A stretch of 64,000 bases of DNA, from contig CAZGIM010000012.1 in NCBI GenBank assembly GCA_964525995.1, positions 3,636 through 67,635 on the forward strand. Reading direction: 5' to 3'. The notes below the pieces were generated by a model. The model saw nothing but the letters and a program-made list of their open reading frames with translations, was not told where the DNA came from and did not search any database. Shown in pieces: positions 36,419 through 44,892 of the stretch. The position numbers were made by a program, and so were the translations under genes. Origin of the DNA: an uncultured Prolixibacteraceae bacterium (GTDB taxonomy: Bacteria > Bacteroidota > Bacteroidia > Bacteroidales > FEN-979). The stretch's first letter is position 1; each line of letters starts with the position of its first letter.

Positions 36419-37168
36419 GGTTGTGATATTTAAGGGACAGGTAAGAGGTCGGGCTTTCGTTTATTATATTATGATCAAAAACATCGATTCACTGATCCGA
36501 TGCCGCGATTCCGGGAAAAACAAGTAATAAAATCCGTAAGTTCACCGTGGGCGGGCATAAAAGATGTTTAAAATTACAAAAAAACATGCGGATATATTGA
36601 AATCCATAAAAAAAAACACTGTGGCCAATTGTATATTTAATCATATCGGGTCAATTCCACGCCCCTTGGAGCGGAATCTGAGTCCAGGGCTTGCCCAGGT
36701 GTTCATGCCATCTATTTTTTTTCATGCCATCTGTAAACTTTTGGATTGCATTTGAATTGGTTTATTCAATTTTATGGAAGTTGTAAATCAATTGGAACAC
36801 AGAAAAATAATAGATCACGCCATGAAATCAACGATTTCGTTCGTATTCGGTCTGTTCCTGCTTGGTTTTCCGTGCAGGATTTTCAGTATCGATCAGAAAG
36901 AGGCACACCTTTGCAGCGTATGCCGGGAAAAGGCAGGCCTGAGCTGAATTCATCCATGTCATCTGAGCCAAATCATTAGTTATCTTTGAGGTCTCCAAAA
37001 TGAAGTATGACCTGTACCACTACCTCTGTTTACCTGTTCTGTTCCCGGGAGAAGTCATTGACACCTGAAAAATCAGGCCGTGGTAGGGCCGGTTAAGCCG
37101 GATTTATTTAACAATTATGTTGTAACCATGTTGAATTTTTTAAGTCTATTTATCTAAACAATCCGACA

Positions 37169-40100
37169 ATGAAAAAACTGCTATTCCTAATGCTGCTGTT
37201 CATGGCGGCCATGCTATCTTACGCTCAGGAGAATCCGCTCTGGTTGCGTTATCCCGTTATTTCGCCCGACGGAAAGACGATTTTGTTTTGTTATAAAGGC
37301 GATATCTGGTCAGTTCCCTCATCAGGAGGGACAGCCATTCCCATGACCCTTACCGATTCGTACGAATATATGCCGGTGTGGAGTCATGACGGTAAGATGA
37401 TTGCATTCGCATCAGACCGGACCGGTAATTTCGATGTCTTTGTAATGCCTGCCACAGGTGGTGAAGCGAAGCGTCTGACCTGGAATTCAAACCGGGAAAT
37501 TCCCTGGAATTTCACCGCCAACAATAAAGATGTCATTTTCTCGGCCTACAGGCAGGACGTTGTAACCAATGCCCAGTTTCCCATATCGCTGATGAGCGAA
37601 CTTTATACGGTTCCTGTAGCCGGGGGAAAGGTATCGCAATTACTACCCAGTCCCGCCCTCCATGTTTGCCCCACCTCCACCGGCGATAAAATCCTGTATG
37701 AGGATATTAAAGGGTACGAGGATGAGTGGCGTAAACACCACACCTCCGCGATTGCCCGCGACATCTGGTTGTACGACTTCAACACGAAACAGCATACAAA
37801 GCTCACCGGATTCAGCGGCGAGGACCGCAATCCGGTTTTTGAGGCCAATGACCGGGACTTTTATTACCTGAGCGAGCAAAAAGGGTCGTTCAATATATTC
37901 AAGAGTTCCATTGATAATCCTTCTGTATCGACGATGCTAACAAAGTTTGAAAAACATCCCGTGAGATTCCTCAGCCGGGCCGGCAACAACCTGTTATGCT
38001 TCAGTTTCAATGGCGAAATCTACACCATGAATCCGCGGAGCGACCCTAAAAAGGTATCCGTGTCGGTATTTGCCGACGGACGTTCCATACTGGATCGTAT
38101 TACACCGGTCAATGAGGGTTTCACGGAAGCGAGATTATCTTCAAACGGAAAGGAATACGCCTATGTTTTCAGGGGAGAGATTTTCGTGAGCAGCGTGGAT
38201 GGCGGGTTTACCAAGAGAATCACCAACACTCCTTATCAGGAACGGAGTGTGAGCTTCAGCCCCGACGGACGTTCGTTGCTCTATGCCGCCGAGGTGAACA
38301 ACAGTTGGAATGTTTATACTACTTCCATTATCCGGAAGGAGGAGCCCTATTTTTATGCCAGCACGGTTCTGAAAACCGAACCGGTAATCGCCACGGAGGC
38401 GGAGGAGTTTCAGCCGGAGTACGCGCCCAGCGGGAAGGAGGTTGCCTACCTTGAAAACCGGGTTGTCCTGAAGGTCATCAACCTTGAAAGCCGGAAAACC
38501 CGCATGATCCTGCCCGCAGAGGTCAACTACTCCTATGCCGACGGAGATCAATATTACCAGTGGTCGCCCGACGGGAAATGGTTCCTGGTAAATTACGCCT
38601 TCCCCGACCGAATCTTTAGTCCCGAAGTCGGCCTGGTCGCCTCGGATGGTTCCGGGAAGATCATCAATCTGACTTTGAGCGGGTATGATGATTTTGGCGG
38701 GAAATGGTCGTCCGACGCGAAATCGATGATCTGGGGGTGCAACCGTAACGGTGATCACGCCCAGGGAGGGTACATTCCAACGGCCGATGTTTATGAGATG
38801 TTTTTCAGTAAGGAGGCATTCGACCGGTTTAATCTTTCGAAGGAAGAGCTTGCGCTGGTTAAGGATCAGGAGGAGCAGGTAAAGAAAGAGAAAGAGAAGG
38901 AGAAAGAGGGGAAAAGTGGAAAAAAGGGGGAAAAAGGCAGTGATTCTTCCGATGGGAAGGAGGCGACAGCCGGTGAAAAGAAAGATTCGCTAAAGGTGGT
39001 TATCGACTGGGATAATCTTACCGACCGTAAAGTCAAGCTGACCACGCACACCTCGAAGGTACGCGACTGGGTGCTCTCGAAGGATGGCGAAAAGCTTTTC
39101 TACCTCACCAGTTTTGAGAAGGACAATGATCTTTGGGTCACTGAGTTAAGGACGAAAGAGACAAAGGTGTTAGCCAAGTTAGGAGTCAAAAATCCCTCGA
39201 TGGAGCTTTCATCGGATGGCAAGTTCATTTTGGTATTAGCCGACGGGAAGCCCATGAAAGTGGAGGTTGAAGGAGGAAAATCGGAGCCTCTAAAGACCTC
39301 GGGTGAGATGTTGGTAAAACCGGCTGAAGAACGGGGTTATATTTTCGAGCATGCCTGGAGACAGTTCAAGGAAAAATTCTATGTTGAGGACCTGCACGGT
39401 GTTGATTGGGATTTTTATAAACAGGCTTATAAAAGATTTCTCCCCTATATCAGCAATAATTATGATTTTGCCGAAATGCTCAGTGAAATGTTAGGTGAGA
39501 TGAACGCTTCGCACACCGGGTGTGGTTACCGTGCCGGCCGGAGCAATGCAGATCAGACTGCCGATCTGGGCTTGTTTTACGATTATGAATACGGGGGACC
39601 TGGCCTGAAGATCGCGGGCATTGTAGAGGGAGGACCGTTAGACAGGGCTGCATCACGGGTCAAAACAGGTTGTATTCTCGAAAAGATCGACGGAGAGGCG
39701 ATTCCTGATACCGTTGATTTTTATGCGCTATTAAACCGGAAGAGCGGTAAGATCACCCTGCTTTCCTTATACAATCCTGTGACTTCGGAGCGCTGGGATG
39801 AAAGTGTTAAACCTATTGCTTCAGGAACCGCTAACGAGCTGTTGTATCGCCGATGGGTAAAGAATCGCAGGGACGAAGTGGAACGGCTTTCGGGCGGGGT
39901 CATCGGGTACGTGCATGTACGGTCGATGGACGATGCGAGCATGCGAACCGTTTTCGAAGAGGCTTTGGGACGTAACTTTGAAAAGAAGGCCCTGATTGTC
40001 GATACCCGGTTCAACGGGGGCGGCAACATCCATGAACAACTTTCCGATTTTCTGAGCGGTAAAAAGTATATCGACATTGTTCCGCACGGGCAATATGTTG

Positions 40101-40441
40101 GCTCGGAACCTTTAGACAAGTGGGTGAAACCCTCCATCGTACTGATCGGAGAAAGTAATTACTCCGATGCACATCTGTTCCCGGTAGCCTATAAACTCAA
40201 GAACACGGGAAAAACCTTAGGAATGCCCGTTCCCGGAACAGGTACCTTTGTCTGGTGGGAGACCCAGATCGATCCGACGCTTGTCTTCGGCATTCCGATG
40301 GGGGGCTGGCGGACACCTGACGGAAAGTTCTGTGAAAACAACCAGATGGAGCCCGACATCAAGGTTGCCAACGATCCCGGAATTATGGCTTCGGGCAGGG
40401 ATCAACAGATCGAGCAAGCCGTCAGAGAATTGATGAAGTGA
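37169..40441 (+). CDS. Tricorn-protease-like S41 peptidase (PD40/TolB-type beta-propellers + PDZ + S41 catalytic domain)
   Basis: 1090 aa with a signal peptide. WD40-like/PD40 repeats (ISPDGKTILF, WSHDGKMIAFASDRTGNFDVF, FSPDGRSLLYAA, WSPDGKW). PDZ-like GLKIAGIVEGGPLD. C-terminal S41-type region (LIVDTRFNGGGNI, GESNYSDAHLF). Confidence 0.8.
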   Translation: MKKLLFLMLLFMAAMLSYAQENPLWLRYPVISPDGKTILFCYKGDIWSVPSSGGTAIPMTLTDSYEYMPVWSHDGKMIAFASDRTGNFDVFVMPATGGEAKRLTWNSNREIPWNFTANNKDVIFSAYRQDVVTNAQFPISLMSELYTVPVAGGKVSQLLPSPALHVCPTSTGDKILYEDIKGYEDEWRKHHTSAIARDIWLYDFNTKQHTKLTGFSGEDRNPVFEANDRDFYYLSEQKGSFNIFKSSIDNPSVSTMLTKFEKHPVRFLSRAGNNLLCFSFNGEIYTMNPRSDPKKVSVSVFADGRSILDRITPVNEGFTEARLSSNGKEYAYVFRGEIFVSSVDGGFTKRITNTPYQERSVSFSPDGRSLLYAAEVNNSWNVYTTSIIRKEEPYFYASTVLKTEPVIATEAEEFQPEYAPSGKEVAYLENRVVLKVINLESRKTRMILPAEVNYSYADGDQYYQWSPDGKWFLVNYAFPDRIFSPEVGLVASDGSGKIINLTLSGYDDFGGKWSSDAKSMIWGCNRNGDHAQGGYIPTADVYEMFFSKEAFDRFNLSKEELALVKDQEEQVKKEKEKEKEGKSGKKGEKGSDSSDGKEATAGEKKDSLKVVIDWDNLTDRKVKLTTHTSKVRDWVLSKDGEKLFYLTSFEKDNDLWVTELRTKETKVLAKLGVKNPSMELSSDGKFILVLADGKPMKVEVEGGKSEPLKTSGEMLVKPAEERGYIFEHAWRQFKEKFYVEDLHGVDWDFYKQAYKRFLPYISNNYDFAEMLSEMLGEMNASHTGCGYRAGRSNADQTADLGLFYDYEYGGPGLKIAGIVEGGPLDRAASRVKTGCILEKIDGEAIPDTVDFYALLNRKSGKITLLSLYNPVTSERWDESVKPIASGTANELLYRRWVKNRRDEVERLSGGVIGYVHVRSMDDASMRTVFEEALGRNFEKKALIVDTRFNGGGNIHEQLSDFLSGKKYIDIVPHGQYVGSEPLDKWVKPSIVLIGESNYSDAHLFPVAYKLKNTGKTLGMPVPGTGTFVWWETQIDPTLVFGIPMGGWRTPDGKFCENNQMEPDIKVANDPGIMASGRDQQIEQAVRELMK
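38866..38995 (+). repeat. Low-complexity Lys/Glu/Gly-rich insertion encoded by a polypurine tract inside the tricorn-like gene
   Basis: Peptide DQEEQVKKEKEKEKEGKSGKKGEKGSDSSDGKEATAGEKKDS. In the DNA, 38881..38937 is A/G except for a single T. Confidence 0.8.
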
Positions 40442-40536
40442 TCCATCAAGGTTAAGCACATCCCTGACCACTTTCAGGAGTTTATTCCGGGCAATCCGGG
40501 CTTTCCGGTTATTTTTTCTTTTGCCGGCCGATGTTC

Positions 40537-41178
40537 TTATTTGGAGTCGGGGATCAGCTTAGCCGAAATGATGTAGTCCAGTTCCGGGAAATGTTTTCGA
40601 ACATAGGCGTTGCCCTGCTGCATGATCGAATCCTGGTGGTTGGCCGGCTCGAAACCATAGGCTCCATAGAAAGAATCGACCACTTCAAATCCCTCAACAA
40701 TCCGGGCTACCGGCGGAAATCCTTTCAGTCCGTTGTAGGTAACTGTATCGAGTTTGAAGTTGTCTTTTTTATTAATGAACAATTGACTGGTGCGTGAATT
40801 GGCTCCGTCGCGGGCATACGACAGGGTGCCCTTCAGGTTATGCTCAATGACCGGTTCATCCGCGATGGGACGCTTATCCCAGAACCTGTTAACCTCCGGA
40901 AGATCAGATATGCCAAATTGAACCACATAGGCTTCCTGTACCCTGAAAAGGCTGTTGTTGTCGTAGAATCCTGATTGAACAAGCTGATACAGCCGATCGA
41001 CCCCATCGGGCGACCAGGAGCGGATTGCTTCAATGGTAAAGGAACCTTTGGTGGTGGTGAACTTTGCCATAAAGGTTGAAGGCGCTTTGACCTTCAGGAT
41101 TGCGCTGTCGGGCATTTTCTGTGCTGTGAGCGCAACCGGGATGAGGAACATCATCCACAGATAAAGGGTACGTTTCAT
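40537..41178 (-). CDS. Cyclophilin-type peptidyl-prolyl cis-trans isomerase, secreted
   Basis: Signal peptide. Cyclophilin-like segments (FYDNNSLFRVQEAYVVQFG, GTLSYARDGANSRTSQLFINKKDN). Confidence 0.7.
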   Translation of the reverse strand: MKRTLYLWMMFLIPVALTAQKMPDSAILKVKAPSTFMAKFTTTKGSFTIEAIRSWSPDGVDRLYQLVQSGFYDNNSLFRVQEAYVVQFGISDLPEVNRFWDKRPIADEPVIEHNLKGTLSYARDGANSRTSQLFINKKDNFKLDTVTYNGLKGFPPVARIVEGFEVVDSFYGAYGFEPANHQDSIMQQGNAYVRKHFPELDYIISAKLIPDSK

Positions 41179-41253
41179 AAAGGTTGACAGGTCAGGATTT
41201 CTTCCTTGACAAATTTAGAAAATCAGAAGATGCGGCAAAACAGTTCTTAAGGA

Positions 41254-42693
41254 TCAATTCTTTATGAGTTTACCTGACATGCTATTACCGGATTCCTTCA
41301 CGATCCGATAAAGGTACATTCCGGGAGTCAGGTCATTGGTGGTCACTGTTTGCCAACCTCCGGCCACAACTTGCCGGAGTACTTCCTTCCCGGAACTGTT
41401 GTAGAGGATAAGAGTTGCTGGTCCGGTGAGTCCGGACAGAGTCAGTTGATCCGAGAACGGATTCGGGAATGGTTTGATCGTCTGGGCGGGTTCTCTGTTG
41501 ACTGCTATTCCTGTATACAGTGATGATTTAATATCGATCACGGCGCTTTCGATGATGGTCAGGTTATAAGGAATGGATTCCGGCGGGAGGGTGTACCAGC
41601 CATTGGCAGATCCGCCCCATCCGAAATTGAAATGATAATATTCATCGGTATTATAGCCATCAACTACTACGTTGTGACCGCCTGAACCGGTCGAAACCAA
41701 CAATCCGAGCTGCACGGGTAAAGCGACCTTGACATTTTCGGCAATGAGGGCATTCAGGGTGGTATCGTCGGGATAGACAATCCGTGATTCTTCAAATCCA
41801 AACCGTTGCCAGGCCGTCAGCGCCTGTTCCAATCCAAAGGTTCCAGAAACCGAAGCGCTGTAAACCTGTTGTGCTGCCACGCCGCATGCAAAGCAGATAG
41901 CCGCTTTCAGGGATTTTGTGAGTGCGCCCCCGAAAGCATATGTTGATTCCAGGGTGTCGAGGTAAAGGTTTAAGGTGTCGAAGGATGGAAAACCCCGGGT
42001 TTGGTAGTCATTGTCGATCCAGTACTGGTTTCCCGATCCATAGTTGTGGTAATAATCATCACCGTCGGTAAACCGGGTCTGGTTGATCTCTTTATGGTGG
42101 TTGATAATCTGTGCCATCGCGATGGCAGGGCAACCGGCCACGCTGTGTGAGCCGGCATTCAGATCGATCGGGCACATGTTGTTGTAGGGGGCGCTCTGGG
42201 TCCAGTTGGTCTCGAGCCAACCTCCCGTCGAGGTAGATCCTTCGGGAGGCCACTGCTCAAAACCGGGAGATCGCAGGGTTGCCGTAAGGAATGCATTCCA
42301 CTTTTCTGCAATAAGGTGTCTCTCGGCCGATTCAAACCTCCACGATTCATTTATCCGCACCCTGATGTCGCGTGATATGATTGTTTTGATCAGGGTTACC
42401 GCTTCAACAGGCGGATCAAAACGATCGGTGGCCGACCAGGCATAGATTGGACTGATACGATCGGAAGCGGCGATGATAACAAATCCTGTGGGAGCAAAAT
42501 GACAGATACAGGCTAAGGAATCACCCTTTTCATCCGTGAGCCATTCCTGGAAGGTCAGATTGAATTTCTGATGTTCCGACTGTAAAAAAGCTGTTGCAGC
42601 TTCAGCGAGATCAGGTTTGATAAGGGATTGGCCAGATGAGAAGTATCCGGTAAGGAGCAGGAGCAAAAACAGCGTAATCTTGCGCATAATCAT
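41254..42693 (-). CDS. C10-family (streptopain/SpeB-like) cysteine peptidase with N-terminal pro/inhibitor region and type-A T9SS C-terminal domain
   Basis: Catalytic-Cys context VAGCPAIAMAQIINHH. His context GGHNVVVDGYNTDEYYHFNFGWGGSANGWY. C-terminus IKPFPNPFSDQLTLSG...GKLIKN. Confidence 0.85.
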   Translation of the reverse strand: MIMRKITLFLLLLLTGYFSSGQSLIKPDLAEAATAFLQSEHQKFNLTFQEWLTDEKGDSLACICHFAPTGFVIIAASDRISPIYAWSATDRFDPPVEAVTLIKTIISRDIRVRINESWRFESAERHLIAEKWNAFLTATLRSPGFEQWPPEGSTSTGGWLETNWTQSAPYNNMCPIDLNAGSHSVAGCPAIAMAQIINHHKEINQTRFTDGDDYYHNYGSGNQYWIDNDYQTRGFPSFDTLNLYLDTLESTYAFGGALTKSLKAAICFACGVAAQQVYSASVSGTFGLEQALTAWQRFGFEESRIVYPDDTTLNALIAENVKVALPVQLGLLVSTGSGGHNVVVDGYNTDEYYHFNFGWGGSANGWYTLPPESIPYNLTIIESAVIDIKSSLYTGIAVNREPAQTIKPFPNPFSDQLTLSGLTGPATLILYNSSGKEVLRQVVAGGWQTVTTNDLTPGMYLYRIVKESGNSMSGKLIKN

Positions 42694-42848
42694 GGAATTT
42701 TGGAGTTTAACTGATCTTTAAGAATTCTCCGGATCGATGCCATTAAGTCTTGGTGGCATCCACCGGGACTGTAAAGATTGAAACTAATTAAATATGATGA
42801 ATATTTTTTCGATCAACCGGGTTTATAAACCGATAAATGGGCGGATTT

Positions 42849-44408
42849 TCAGATTGACTCAACCATTTTCAAGAGCTGTTCTTTGGTAAAAGGTTTTGCC
42901 AGATAGTGTGTGCAACCATGTGCCAGTAATCGTGATCGGTCGCCATATTGGGTATAACCGGTTATGGCAAGTACCGGTATTGATTGATATCCCGGAAGGT
43001 GGCGGATAAGTTTTACAGCCTCAATACCGCTCATCACCTGACCTAAGTTGATATCCATCATGATCAGGTCAAATGGGACCGATTCACAGAGGGCCAGAGC
43101 ACGGGGGCCATCGGAGGCAATGATAATCTGGTATTTGTGGCGGAGAAAAAGCCTTACCAGTTCGGCGTTGGTTTCATTATCCTCCACCACCAGAATCCGC
43201 TTCTGCAATCGTTCGGTAACCGGAGTCTTCCCCGTTTCTTCATCCCGGAGGTGGGCCGGTTTTGCCTCCTGTTTTCCAGTCGGTGACTGGACCGGAAATT
43301 CGAGTGAAAAGGAGGAACCCCTTTCGGGAATACTTTCCACGTGAATGTTTCCGCCAATCAGATGCATGATTTTACGCGCGATGGTAAGCCCCAGGCCGAT
43401 ACCCTCATAATGACGTGAAAATCCTTCGCTTACCTGCTTGAAAGCATCGAAGATCACGGTCAGGTCATTGGGGTTGATACCGATCCCGGTATCGGTCACG
43501 GTAATTCTAATGATCTTCCGGTCGTTGGCGGTTTCAACACTGGGTGTGATGGTGACTCCTCCTTCGCGGGTGTATTTGATGGCATTGTCGAGAACCGATG
43601 CAAAGGCCCGGGCGATCAATTCCTCGTCGGATGTAACAGGGATATGGCCTTCGTCGGAAGAAACCGTACAATCGAGCTTTTTATAGGTCAGGAATTCCCG
43701 GTGTTTCATGACAACCTGAGAGATCATCTGGTACAGGTCGAACTCGCGGTAGGTCGGATTGATGCCCGATTCCAACTGGGAAAGCCATACGATCGAGTCG
43801 AGGGTTTTCATCAGTCGCATTCCGCTTTTATGAATCCGGATGGCGCTTTGCCTGATATCGGGATCGTTGGTTGCATTCTGGATAACCTGGGCAAATCCAA
43901 GGATTCCGGTGAGCGGGGTCCGGAATTCGTGGCTCATATTGGAAAGCAGGGTGGTTTTGAGGTGGTCTGATTGTTCTGCTTTTTCTTTGGCCTGCTTTAA
44001 TTCTTCGAGCGTCTGCCGCCGATGGTGCCGTATTGCAGCTTCCCTCAGTTCGCGGGTCACAGCGGGGCCGATTCTCACAATATGATCCTTCATGATGTAA
44101 TCGTGAGCGCCCGATTTCATCATGCTCACCGCCACCTCCTCGCCAATGGTTCCGGATACCAGGATGAAGGGGATATCGAGTCCCGACGTTTTATATATTT
44201 CAAGGGCATGTTCGCCGCTGAATTTAGGCAGTCTGAAATCACTGATGATGAGGTCATAACCGTGTGTGTTTAACATTTCGATCATTCCGTCGGCGGTTTC
44301 AACCCGGTCGGAATCGATATCGAAACCTTCTTTCTCCAAGTGGCGCAGGAGCAACGCGGCATCATCATCATGATCTTCGATGAGCAGCAGGCGTAACTTT
44401 TCCATCAT
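42849..44408 (-). CDS. Hybrid sensor histidine kinase/response regulator (REC-HisKA-HATPase_c-REC)
   Basis: N-terminal REC (LLIEDHDDDA...DLIISDFRLPKFSG), HisKA (LSNMSHEFRTPLTGILGF), HATPase_c (GIGLGL), C-terminal REC (ILVVEDNETN...DLIMMDINLG...KP). Confidence 0.85.
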   Translation of the reverse strand: MMEKLRLLLIEDHDDDAALLLRHLEKEGFDIDSDRVETADGMIEMLNTHGYDLIISDFRLPKFSGEHALEIYKTSGLDIPFILVSGTIGEEVAVSMMKSGAHDYIMKDHIVRIGPAVTRELREAAIRHHRRQTLEELKQAKEKAEQSDHLKTTLLSNMSHEFRTPLTGILGFAQVIQNATNDPDIRQSAIRIHKSGMRLMKTLDSIVWLSQLESGINPTYREFDLYQMISQVVMKHREFLTYKKLDCTVSSDEGHIPVTSDEELIARAFASVLDNAIKYTREGGVTITPSVETANDRKIIRITVTDTGIGINPNDLTVIFDAFKQVSEGFSRHYEGIGLGLTIARKIMHLIGGNIHVESIPERGSSFSLEFPVQSPTGKQEAKPAHLRDEETGKTPVTERLQKRILVVEDNETNAELVRLFLRHKYQIIIASDGPRALALCESVPFDLIMMDINLGQVMSGIEAVKLIRHLPGYQSIPVLAITGYTQYGDRSRLLAHGCTHYLAKPFTKEQLLKMVESI

Positions 44409-44851
44409 GATTCAGGATTTGGTGGCAATTCATTGAGCAATAACCAATACATACCCAGTTGCTGGACGGCCTTTGTGAATTTGTTGAAATCGACTGGTTT
44501 GCGGATATAGCTGTTGGCTCCTCCCAGGTAGCTGTTCACGAGATCCTGTTCCTCAAGCGAGGATGTAAGAATAATGACCGGCGTCAATCGGGTCGGAGGA
44601 TAGCTTCTGATCTCTTTCAGAACCTCTAATCCGTCGAGTTTGGGCAACTTCAGATCCAGAAGGATTATGGCGGGGAGCACATGACCATCGTTGTCGGTGA
44701 AATCACCAGTGCCTTTCAGGTAATCGACTGCCATGGCCCCGTCGCTGACGACGATGATGGGGTTGGTCAGATTGGCCTTTTGGAAGGCGCGCCGGGTCAA
44801 TTCCACATCATCGGGATTGTCCTCGACCAGCAGTATTGTTTTTCGTTCCAT
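44405..44851 (-). CDS. Single-domain response regulator (REC only)
   Basis: 148 aa: ILLVEDNPDDVELT, ILLDLKLPKLDG, IILTSS, IRKP. Its stop overlaps the start of the hybrid kinase by 4 bp. Confidence 0.85.
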   Translation of the reverse strand: MERKTILLVEDNPDDVELTRRAFQKANLTNPIIVVSDGAMAVDYLKGTGDFTDNDGHVLPAIILLDLKLPKLDGLEVLKEIRSYPPTRLTPVIILTSSLEEQDLVNSYLGGANSYIRKPVDFNKFTKAVQQLGMYWLLLNELPPNPES

Positions 44852-44892
44852 ATTTTGACTGATTTTGAGGATTTGCTCTTTTCATTTAGTAT

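Noticed and set aside
36564-36979. ORF-track entries 36564..36755 and 36746..36979 in the long intergenic region
   Set aside because: They have low-complexity, basic, A/T-driven sequence with no motifs. They overlap each other in different frames and are most likely spurious.
38141-38758. 205-aa antisense ORF inside the tricorn-like gene. Similar cases: 54992..55549, 61106..61834, 63039..63548, 9924..10457
   Set aside because: Each is embedded antisense within a well-supported gene with clear family motifs. They show no motifs of their own.
42819-42830. Perfect 12-bp palindrome GGTTTATAAACC just downstream of the hybrid kinase stop, and the 7-bp-stem hairpin GATGCCA..TGGCATC at 42737..42761
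   Set aside because: Neither is followed by a U-tract on the relevant strand, and both are short enough to occur by chance. They were not called as a terminator or operator.
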